A DNA stretch of 64,000 nucleotides from Nitrososphaeria archaeon. Its GTDB lineage: Archaea; Thermoproteota; Nitrososphaeria; Nitrososphaerales; JAAOZN01. The notes beneath the pieces were generated by a model. It searched no databases. It was not told the DNA's origin and worked only from the letters and a program-made list of their open reading frames with translations. The DNA lies in contig JARVJZ010000002.1 in the NCBI GenBank assembly GCA_029775855.1, forward strand, positions 160,001 to 224,000, written 5' to 3'. Each line of letters opens with the position of its first letter. Position 1 is the first letter of the stretch. A program made the position numbers and the translations under genes. Shown piece by piece: positions 56,881 through 64,000 of this stretch.

Positions 56881-57635
56881 CGGATAAGGTCCTCTACCTC
56901 ATTATACCATTTCACACTAGGTCCGATTTTAGCTCTAAGCTTCCATTTAGCTGATTTGGGCTTTGACTCTATGGCTGCTAAAATGGTGTCTATGCGTTCT
57001 TTAACGAGCTTAATCTCATCCTCTTTTAATCTATCTGAATATTTTTGCAGAAAATCCTTCACTTTGTTTAGGTTGATGGTTGTGGTGTAGTAGAAACCCC
57101 AGTCCCAAGACATTCTATCAGCAATATACTTTACATTTATACCACGCTCATCTCCGGTTAAATCAACACATCTTAAAAGGACGATAATATCTTTGATATC
57201 TTTTTCAGAGATCTTTACTATCTGAATCTTTTCGAGAAACAAGTCGGTCGGTGTTATAGTCTTAGGATGCAGCTCAAGCCTACCACTAAAGTCTATTTCG
57301 TGACACATCTTCAACTTGTCAAAGAAGACATCAAGTTTGATACCTAAATCTTTGTGCGTGTAGAAGTTTCTTTGAACTTCGTGGAAGGCTACTATTCTCC
57401 GGTCTTGAAAATAGCCTAAACCATTCAACAGAGATTCAAGCTGCCCACTAACCTTCCAATACGCCATCAAGTCTATATCTGAAAGAGGGCGCTCAAGCCT
57501 AGCATACATCTCTGCAGCGCTGCTACACATTAGCCTAATTGCAACAGCGCCCATAACTCTAGCTGGAAGACTGGCTTGATTCACAGCCTCGATTATCCTC
57601 GTGGACTCTCCTAGTATCTGCTCATCTGCAAGCAT
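56877..57635 (-). CDS. Pol-beta-superfamily nucleotidyltransferase-like protein
   Basis: VMGAVA...RPLSDIDL, LDVF, DLFLEK.Q...EKDIKD. Confidence 0.7.
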   Translation of the reverse strand: MLADEQILGESTRIIEAVNQASLPARVMGAVAIRLMCSSAAEMYARLERPLSDIDLMAYWKVSGQLESLLNGLGYFQDRRIVAFHEVQRNFYTHKDLGIKLDVFFDKLKMCHEIDFSGRLELHPKTITPTDLFLEKIQIVKISEKDIKDIIVLLRCVDLTGDERGINVKYIADRMSWDWGFYYTTTINLNKVKDFLQKYSDRLKEDEIKLVKERIDTILAAIESKPKSAKWKLRAKIGPSVKWYNEVEDLIR

Positions 57636-57765
57636 AGCTTAAACCTCCTGAGACAGTAATTTTTATTCTTTTTCTAAGCTCTAAATATTAGCTTCGACTT
57701 ATAGATATTAAAAAGATAAGATAGACTTAAATTTAAGCGGTCTACTAACATTTTTTCGAAATACC

Positions 57766-59364
57766 TTGAGTAAAGAACCATCCACTATCTTTATCCGAAC
57801 ATCCTCAGGCATGGTTCGTGAAATCTCTCCGCTTGTCGCTTTAGCCATATGCATAAGCGGTGTAGCAATAGGTATACCAGCCAACTTTGCAGTGACGTGG
57901 ACAGCGGGCATATATCCTGGCGCAGACTTTATAGGTTCTATAACAATAGCCCTAATTCCTTCAATCTTCTTTGGTTTGCTCTATGTACTCTTCACAATAT
58001 CTATGCCGAGGTCTGGAGGAGACTACGTCTACGCAAGCAGAACACTACATCCAGTAGCAGGCTTTACTATGAACTTCATGTTTACTGTGTGGACGATGTT
58101 CTTTATGGCGTTGAACGCCTCGGTCTTCGTAGATCAGATGCTTGCCCCTGTATTAGCGAGCTATGGCTTAGCAGCTGGAAACACTGCTCTTATAGATTTA
58201 GCAACCGTCTTAGCAACTGATTTGAACATAAGATTCTTGGTTGCGCTGATAAGCATAATCATAGTGTTCGTCGTTATACTCTTCGGCGCAAAGTATACGG
58301 GCAGATGGCTTCTGGTGCTCTTCTTCATAGGGTTAGCTGGCATAATAGCTAATATAATCATATACTTAGCTCCAAGCAGACCTTTCCCTGATGCTTACCT
58401 TGCTGCATTCGGCGAAAGTATGGAGGATACGCTAGCTCGAGCTGAAGCTGCAGGCTGGTCATATGTTCCAAGTACAATTGAGCTTACATTAACAGCTTTA
58501 CCGTTCGCATTCGTCTGGTACATGGGCTTCCAATATTCAGCATATGTGGCTGGAGAAGTAAAGGAGGTAAAGAAGAGCATGTGGATCTCCATCTTAGGTG
58601 CACTATTCTTCGGATGGATAATGTACTCAATAATAGGTGCACTCTTTCTCAGAGCATCGCCTGAAAAATTCACTCAAGCGATCTCATTCCTCTTCTTCGC
58701 CGCACCAGAGCAATATACCTTACCAACTATACCCGGCGCATACTTGTTCGCTGGTGTGATATCACCACATCCGATTCTTAACTTTATAATTCTGATAGCG
58801 CAGATCTGCTGGAGCTTTGCTTTCATGACAGTGTTGTTAATGGTCATTGTTAGAAATATATTCGCTTGGGCCTTTGATAGAATCGTCCCAACCAAGTTAG
58901 CTGACATTAATAGGAGGTTCAGCAGCCCTATCAAAGCATCGATAGTAGCATTTATAGTTGTAGTAATCTTCCTCTACCTCTACATCTATACTGAAGTTTT
59001 CATGCTGACTGTAAACTATGTTATGGCTATGGCGCTGGCACTAATAGTGCCTAGTGTAGCTGGTATACTCTTCCCGTATAGGAGAAAAGAAGTCTACCAA
59101 AAGTCTCCAGCCTCAGCATATAAAGTCGGCGGCGTGCCCTTAATTTCTATAGCCGGCGTGGTCTCACTAATCTTCTTCATATACCTAGTATACGCGGCTT
59201 ACACTACACCAGGAGTATTTGGGCCAGTAGGTCTACCAGCGCTTTCACTCATACTATTCACGATAATCTTCCCCATAGTGGTTTACTATGTGTCTAAAGC
59301 ATACCACCAAAAGAAAGAGGGCATAGATATTAGCCTCGCCTTTACCGAGATACCTCCAGGCTAA
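57766..59364 (+). CDS. APC-family amino acid/amine permease
   Basis: FIRTSSGMVREIS, MPRSGGDYVYASR, AGEVK, FAWAFDRIVP; about 14 TM helices. Confidence 0.9.
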   Translation: MSKEPSTIFIRTSSGMVREISPLVALAICISGVAIGIPANFAVTWTAGIYPGADFIGSITIALIPSIFFGLLYVLFTISMPRSGGDYVYASRTLHPVAGFTMNFMFTVWTMFFMALNASVFVDQMLAPVLASYGLAAGNTALIDLATVLATDLNIRFLVALISIIIVFVVILFGAKYTGRWLLVLFFIGLAGIIANIIIYLAPSRPFPDAYLAAFGESMEDTLARAEAAGWSYVPSTIELTLTALPFAFVWYMGFQYSAYVAGEVKEVKKSMWISILGALFFGWIMYSIIGALFLRASPEKFTQAISFLFFAAPEQYTLPTIPGAYLFAGVISPHPILNFIILIAQICWSFAFMTVLLMVIVRNIFAWAFDRIVPTKLADINRRFSSPIKASIVAFIVVVIFLYLYIYTEVFMLTVNYVMAMALALIVPSVAGILFPYRRKEVYQKSPASAYKVGGVPLISIAGVVSLIFFIYLVYAAYTTPGVFGPVGLPALSLILFTIIFPIVVYYVSKAYHQKKEGIDISLAFTEIPPG

Positions 59365-59585
59365 AAGGGGCGTGTCCAAAAACATTCACGCCTCCTTCCT
59401 AATATTTTTAACTTAAAAGGCGTAGTGTTGAAAAATGGTTTCTATAATTTAGTTAACTACTATCTTTACTGCCTAGAGAAGAAGGTTCTACTCTGTTTTT
59501 ATTATTTAAACACCATTAAGTCAATCCCCTCAGCCACCCTACTTGGGTGAAAAGAAGGGTAGCGCTAGACGAAATCTTAATAGCT

Positions 59586-59849
59586 CTATTCGCTGGTTGA
59601 AAGGAGCTCTGCTTCTTTAAGCTGTAAAACGATCTGTTCGATCGGTTCTCTTACTTCACTTGGATCACGCCCGATTACCGCAGCGACTTCTTGCACAACC
59701 TCTTCTGTTGTGTTGCCTACAAAGGAACTCCATATAGCAATTACCGGGTCGCTTACTAAGTAAGCAGTACCTTTATCATTGATCAGCAGTTTTTCACCTT
59801 GAGGGGTTTCACCCACTTGCCCCCTTTTAAATAGCTTTTCTGCAGCCAT
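59586..59849 (-). CDS. Stand-alone PqqD-like (RiPP recognition element fold) protein
   Basis: LLINDKGTAYLVSDPVIAIWSSFVGNTTEEVVQEVA...EVREPIEQIVLQLKEAELL matches the three-strand/three-helix PqqD pattern. Confidence 0.6.
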   Translation of the reverse strand: MAAEKLFKRGQVGETPQGEKLLINDKGTAYLVSDPVIAIWSSFVGNTTEEVVQEVAAVIGRDPSEVREPIEQIVLQLKEAELLSTSE

Positions 59850-59955
59850 GGTTTAAGTGGCTTTTTCGTGTTATATATTACTTACGCTTTGTTTAGAATG
59901 CATGATCTAGAATGTATAGACTATAAGAATATTAGACAATGCTAATAATCTAATA

Positions 59956-60381
59956 ATGATGGATATGAGCGAAAAAATGAGTATAATAGTATTCTCAGGC
60001 ACAGTGGATAAACTGTATCCAGTCGGCATACTAGCTTCAGGCGCAGTAGCCATGGGTATGGATGTAGATATTTTCATAACATTCTGGGGACTCAATGCGT
60101 TTCGAAAAGATCAGATCACACAAAACACAAAGATCAGCAGAGATTTCGAAGAGATGGGCGCAGCAATGATGCAAATGATGCAATCTAAGAAAGTCCCATC
60201 GTGGTATGAGATATTAAAACGTGCGAAAGAAGTAGGTAATGTTAAGATACACGCTTGCTCTATGACTATGGATCTTATGGGAATGACGAAAGATCATCTT
60301 GCCGACATTGTAGATGATGTAGTTGGTGTAGGCAGCTTCATAGACCTCGCAAAAGACTCCAAGATAACCCTCTTCATCTAA
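59956..60381 (+). CDS. DsrE/DsrF/DrsH-like sulfur-trafficking protein (DsrE2/3-type)
   Basis: IIVFSGTVDK, FITFWGL, IHACSMTMDLMG, VVGVGSF. Confidence 0.88.
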   Translation: MMDMSEKMSIIVFSGTVDKLYPVGILASGAVAMGMDVDIFITFWGLNAFRKDQITQNTKISRDFEEMGAAMMQMMQSKKVPSWYEILKRAKEVGNVKIHACSMTMDLMGMTKDHLADIVDDVVGVGSFIDLAKDSKITLFI

Positions 60382-60394
60382 GAAGGTGCATTAA

Positions 60395-60634
60395 ATGTCA
60401 GAGATAAAAATAAGCAGAACCATAGATGCAAGAGGAAGCTTCTGTCCAGGCCCGTTGATGGAGCTAATTAGAGCAGTAAAAGAAGCGCAAGTTGGTGAGG
60501 TAATTGAAGTCCTATCATCTGATCAGGGATCCAAGCATGACATTCCTCTTTGGGTATCTAAAGCTGGGCATACATTGTTAAGCATCAACGACAAAGAAGG
60601 ATACACCTCATTTATAGTGAAGAAAGCTAGGTAG
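60395..60634 (+). CDS. tusA: TusA-family sulfur carrier
   Basis: IDARGSFCPGPLMEL, DIPLW. Confidence 0.92.
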   Translation: MSEIKISRTIDARGSFCPGPLMELIRAVKEAQVGEVIEVLSSDQGSKHDIPLWVSKAGHTLLSINDKEGYTSFIVKKAR

Positions 60635-60658
60635 CTCCAACACTAAAGTGGCTAAACA

Positions 60659-61792
60659 TTGAAGAATGTTGTAATCTTAGGCGGCGGCGTCGGCGGCACC
60701 ATAGTAGCCAACATAACCTCACGCAAATTAAAGAAGGATGCTAATGTTACGCTCATAGATAAATCTGGAAAGCACATCTACCAACCAGGATTTGTATATG
60801 TTGCTTTCGGCGACGAACAAATACGCAATATCGTGAGAGATGAACACAGCCTTTTAAACAATAATGTTAATTTGATTACCAAAGAGGCGACTAAGATAGA
60901 CCCTAAAAATCGTAAAGTGCTTCTAGATGACGGGGAAAGTTTGGACTACGACTACTTGGTTATTGCTACTGGTTCACGGATAGTTCCCGAGGAGGTTAAG
61001 GGTTTAAAAGAGGGCGCATATCACTTTTACGAAGCAGAAGCTGCAGAGAAGCTGCGTCAAGCGCTCAAATCCTTCACAGGGGGCAAGATCGTTGTTGGCG
61101 TAGGAGGGTTACCCTACAAATGCCCACCAGCGCCTGCTGAAGCAGCGTGTCAACTGGACTACTATTTTGAGAAGCGTGGGATAAGAGATAAGGTGCAGAT
61201 AGAGTTTCTTTCCCCCTTACCTAGGGTCTTCCCTTTGGAAGCGGTTAACCCATTCGTAACTAAGATATTTGAAGAGAAGAAGATAGCTTACCACACATTC
61301 TTCAATGTCGATTATGTAGATCCAGAGGTTAAGAAGGTCTACTCTTTGGAAGGTGAGGCTATGGATTATGACCTATTGATTTTGGTGCCTCCACATAGAG
61401 GTGCAAAGGTAATTGAAGAATCTGGTTTAGGAGATAGAGGAGGGTGGGTTCCAACTGATAAGTATACTCTGAAAGCCAAAGGTTTTGACGATATTTACGT
61501 TGTTGGAGACGCAACTGATATTCCTATCTCAAAGGCTGGTGCAACAGCGCACTATGAGGCTAAGATAGTGGCTGACAATATTATAAACCAGATAACTGGT
61601 ATTGGAGACTTAAAACATTATGACGGTAAAGTTAGATGCTTCTGTGATGCCGGGTTTAATAGAGGAATATCCTTATCTTTCGACTATACACACCCTCCTA
61701 AGCCTCCCTCGAAGTTAACCTTCAGCGCATATTTAGGGAAGGTAATCCTTAACAAAATGTATTGGTGGACCATACCTTCGGGTAGATTCTAA
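60659..61792 (+). CDS. sqr: Sulfide:quinone oxidoreductase-like FAD-dependent oxidoreductase
   Basis: GGGVGG, YQPG, YKCPPAP, VPPHRG, VGDATD, SKAGATAH, VRCFCD; context dsrE-tusA. Confidence 0.8.
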   Translation: MKNVVILGGGVGGTIVANITSRKLKKDANVTLIDKSGKHIYQPGFVYVAFGDEQIRNIVRDEHSLLNNNVNLITKEATKIDPKNRKVLLDDGESLDYDYLVIATGSRIVPEEVKGLKEGAYHFYEAEAAEKLRQALKSFTGGKIVVGVGGLPYKCPPAPAEAACQLDYYFEKRGIRDKVQIEFLSPLPRVFPLEAVNPFVTKIFEEKKIAYHTFFNVDYVDPEVKKVYSLEGEAMDYDLLILVPPHRGAKVIEESGLGDRGGWVPTDKYTLKAKGFDDIYVVGDATDIPISKAGATAHYEAKIVADNIINQITGIGDLKHYDGKVRCFCDAGFNRGISLSFDYTHPPKPPSKLTFSAYLGKVILNKMYWWTIPSGRF

Positions 61793-61793
61793 G

Positions 61794-62120
61794 ATGAGCA
61801 GCATAGACAAACGCATCTACCAAATGCAAGCAGAGATATGCAAGTCCCTAGCAAACCCTCTCCGAATCGAAATCATCAACACACTCAAGGAAGGGGCGAA
61901 GACTGTCACAGAGTTAATGGAAATCATTGGGGTCAATCAAGCTAATTTATCTCAGCACTTAGCTATCCTTAGAAGCAAAAAGATTGTTGAAGCGAGACGA
62001 AAAGGCAACAGCGTCTACTACTCTCTAGCCAACCCAAAAATAATCGAGGCATGCAACCTACTTCGGCAAATCCTACGCGAACAACTCGAAGCAGAACAAA
62101 AACTAGTCGCAACAAAATAG
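61794..62120 (+). CDS. ArsR/SmtB-family transcriptional regulator
   Basis: KSLANPLRIEII, NLSQHLAILR, RRKGNSVYYSL; two Cys residues. Confidence 0.92.
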   Translation: MSSIDKRIYQMQAEICKSLANPLRIEIINTLKEGAKTVTELMEIIGVNQANLSQHLAILRSKKIVEARRKGNSVYYSLANPKIIEACNLLRQILREQLEAEQKLVATK

Positions 62121-62161
62121 CAGCATAAAAGAAAACAAATCCACTAATATTCAATTAAAAG

Positions 62162-62267
62162 TGCCGAGGGCAGGATTTGAACCTGCGACAGCCCGGTCTT
62201 CAGCCGGGTGCTAGAGGACCTTTAGCCACTCTCCTTAGCCCGCCTTGTCAGGCTGAGCTACCTCGGC
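62162..62267 (-). tRNA. trnF: tRNA-Phe(GAA) with two non-canonical introns (62235-62248 at position 18/19; 62211-62228 at position 24/25)
   Basis: Acceptor stem GCCGAGG/CCTCGGC, anticodon arm CCCGG-CTGAAGA-CCGGG, T-arm GCAGG-TTCAAAT-CCTGC. Removing 14 nt and 18 nt restores the D-arm GCTC-AGCCTGGGA-GAGC. CCA is not encoded. Confidence 0.92.
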
Positions 62268-62368
62268 TCAACCTAAGGTTCTTATCTTAATATCTATAAG
62301 ACTTTCTGAAAGCTCTAAGTAATAAGGTTTATAGACTTAGTTTAAGGGTTTAAGAGTGGTGGAGAGTA

Positions 62369-62692
62369 GTGGGTGGAGCGAAGAAGAAGCCACTTGCAAG
62401 TATGGAGAAGGAGCAGCAAAAAGAGAGCTTAGAGCAGCAGCCAAAACGTAAAGAAGTTAAAAGAGAGCAGCAAAGCAAACAAGCAACTACGATATATTTG
62501 AAGATGAGCGACGAACAGATCTTGAACACCTTGGCGCCCTTAAAGGCTATAACCGTTTACGCAGCTGCTAGAGTGCTTGGTGTTAAGGCGTCTGTAGCTT
62601 TAGCTACGCTGAGAAGTTTGCATCAGAAAGGTTTCTTAAAGAAGGAAGGAGGCTTCAGCGGACACCCTATTTACACAATCAACACAAAGTAA
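62369..62692 (+). CDS. rps25e: 30S ribosomal protein S25e
   Basis: MGGAKKKPL N-terminus; KAITVYAAARVLGVKASVA...LRSL wHTH. Confidence 0.85.
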   Translation: MGGAKKKPLASMEKEQQKESLEQQPKRKEVKREQQSKQATTIYLKMSDEQILNTLAPLKAITVYAAARVLGVKASVALATLRSLHQKGFLKKEGGFSGHPIYTINTK

Positions 62693-63064
62693 TTAAATTA
62701 GCTGTGAGGAGTCAGTAAGTTTACTGCCAAGCAGAAGTCGAGATAAAGTATCTAACTGAACATAACATTTTAGATACTCTATTGCCATCTGATTTATGAC
62801 ATTTTCACCTTTTTTAGTAAGTGTGTAAAGCTTCTTTCTTGAGTCTGCAAAGCTAGAAACTAGACCTTGCTCTTCTAAGGTGTTTAGTGTTGGGTAGACT
62901 GTGCCGGGGCTTAGTAGTATCTGGAATCTGTCGTAGATGTAAGTTATTACATCATAGCCTGAGATAGGTTTTTTCCTTATGAGCCCTAGTATTATGAAGT
63001 CTAAGAAGCTCCTTACACATTTGTATCTTATTTCTCTACTTACATTGATTATTAGGTTTTGCAT
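62693..63064 (-). CDS. PadR-family transcriptional regulator
   Basis: PISGYDVI, SPGTVYPTLNTLEEQGLV, RKKLYTLTKKG. Confidence 0.92.
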   Translation of the reverse strand: MQNLIINVSREIRYKCVRSFLDFIILGLIRKKPISGYDVITYIYDRFQILLSPGTVYPTLNTLEEQGLVSSFADSRKKLYTLTKKGENVINQMAIEYLKCYVQLDTLSRLLLGSKLTDSSQLI

Positions 63065-63128
63065 AAGCTTTTTTCACCACCCTCTACTATCTGTTTTTTA
63101 CTGTTTTTTACCATCTCTTTCGGCTTAG

Positions 63129-63147
63129 TATACTGTTTAACAGTATA
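63129..63147. promoter_or_regulatory. Palindrome TATACTGTT-T-AACAGTATA, candidate PadR operator
   Basis: Perfect 9-bp arms in the divergent intergenic region; CTGTTTTTTA direct repeat at 63091-63110. Confidence 0.5.
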
Positions 63148-63220
63148 TTAACTTTGCTAAAATATCTGAATATCGGTATTTCGGTAGCGTTATAAGCGGC
63201 TTAAAGGTAAGTATAGTGGT

Positions 63221-63862
63221 GTGCTGAGGACTGGGTTCAACATATTAGATGTTCATTCTGCTGGACCTTTATATGGTAGATTAAACCTTTTGTTAGCTGA
63301 TACGCCGTTTAATAAAACATATTTTATTGCTAATGTTGTGAAGGTTATGCTTGAGAGCGGGTGGCTTATTCAATATTTAGATCTGGATACCTTTTTTACA
63401 GCTTATACACGTGTAAACTTGCTCAGTCTACCTTGCTCTGAAAACCTGCGTGTTTACAACCCTGATTTTGACACCTTGAATCAACATATATCTTTAGTTT
63501 GTTCAACTTTTTCTAAGGAGTCTCAACTTATAGTCTTGGATTCCATATCTACTGTCTATCATATCTTTGCGGGTAGAAGTAAGCCTTCTGAAGTAAACTG
63601 GCGAGTTGGTTTGTATGTAGCAGTCTTGTTGCAGCATATAAGAGAAAATGGAGGAGCTATTTTAGCATCTAGCCTACTTAGATCAAGGAAGATTAAGGAA
63701 GGGATGTGGGTATCCTCTTACCCCGGAGGTATGCTTATGAATCTTAGGAGCGCAACGATATATGAATTGAAGAATGTTGGTGAAAAAATTGAGGTCAAGG
63801 TCGTTAAACATGAAAGGAAGAGTATTGAAGGGAGAGCGTGGTCTTTACCTATTGTTTTTTGA
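63221..63862 (+). CDS. Degenerate RecA/RadB-like P-loop fold protein
   Basis: LRTGFNILD N-terminus, eroded Walker A (ADTPFNKT), YLDLD, LIVLDSIS. Confidence 0.6.
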   Translation: MLRTGFNILDVHSAGPLYGRLNLLLADTPFNKTYFIANVVKVMLESGWLIQYLDLDTFFTAYTRVNLLSLPCSENLRVYNPDFDTLNQHISLVCSTFSKESQLIVLDSISTVYHIFAGRSKPSEVNWRVGLYVAVLLQHIRENGGAILASSLLRSRKIKEGMWVSSYPGGMLMNLRSATIYELKNVGEKIEVKVVKHERKSIEGRAWSLPIVF

Positions 63863-64000
63863 GCTGTTTTGCTAATTTAGCAGCTGCTTCGGCTACTCTA
63901 TCAGCAGCTTCTACTGTGCTCTCAGTTAACCCAAGAGTGAATCTGAAGTAGCCTTCAGCGTGGTAGGAGTTTCCTGGAGCTACTGCAACTTTCCCTTCTT
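63849..64000 (-). CDS. C-terminus of a class I/II PLP aminotransferase (runs off the window edge)
   Basis: Minus-strand frame reads EGKVAVAPGNSYHAEGYFRFTLG...KKQ*, matching the V.PG..F/Y...G.R motif. Confidence 0.75.
   Translation of the reverse strand, partial: EGKVAVAPGNSYHAEGYFRFTLGLTESTVEAADRVAEAAAKLAKQLKKQ

Noticed and set aside
59365-59585. Possible RiPP precursor peptide next to the PqqD-like gene
   Set aside because: Only a weak ~41-codon frame with no leader/core features or clear start signals.

Overview
Archaeal chromosomal window from a TACK-type archaeon. The best fit is a non-ammonia-oxidising, probably thermophilic Nitrososphaeria relative, inferred from rpS25e, rpS8e, SRP19, Gar1, TFB, a C34-like TFE-beta, SMC-ScpA-ScpB, ThyX and two CofE paralogs. 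Most of the window is housekeeping and heterotrophic metabolism: NAD salvage, class II RNR, thiolase/Hbd, AOR, aminotransferase/peptidase/permease and a dsrE-tusA-sqr-arsR sulfur module. Four things stand out. (1) A ~4.5 kb head-only HK97-type cassette at 36.6-41.0 kb (portal, prohead protease/scaffold, DUF2190-like decoration protein, major capsid protein, two RHH-like regulators). It has intact operon signals but no terminase, tail, integrase, replication gene or visible att site. (2) A ParB-CTPase/HTH/SnoaL(NTF2) fusion with a parS-like 16-bp palindrome between its TATA box and start codon, inside a catabolic island and without ParA. (3) A CRISPR array of 47 perfect repeats plus a degenerate terminal repeat, with no cas genes in the window. 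(4) A tRNA-Phe with two non-canonical BHB introns flanking a 6-nt mini-exon. All calls come from motif recognition by eye; no database searches were run.
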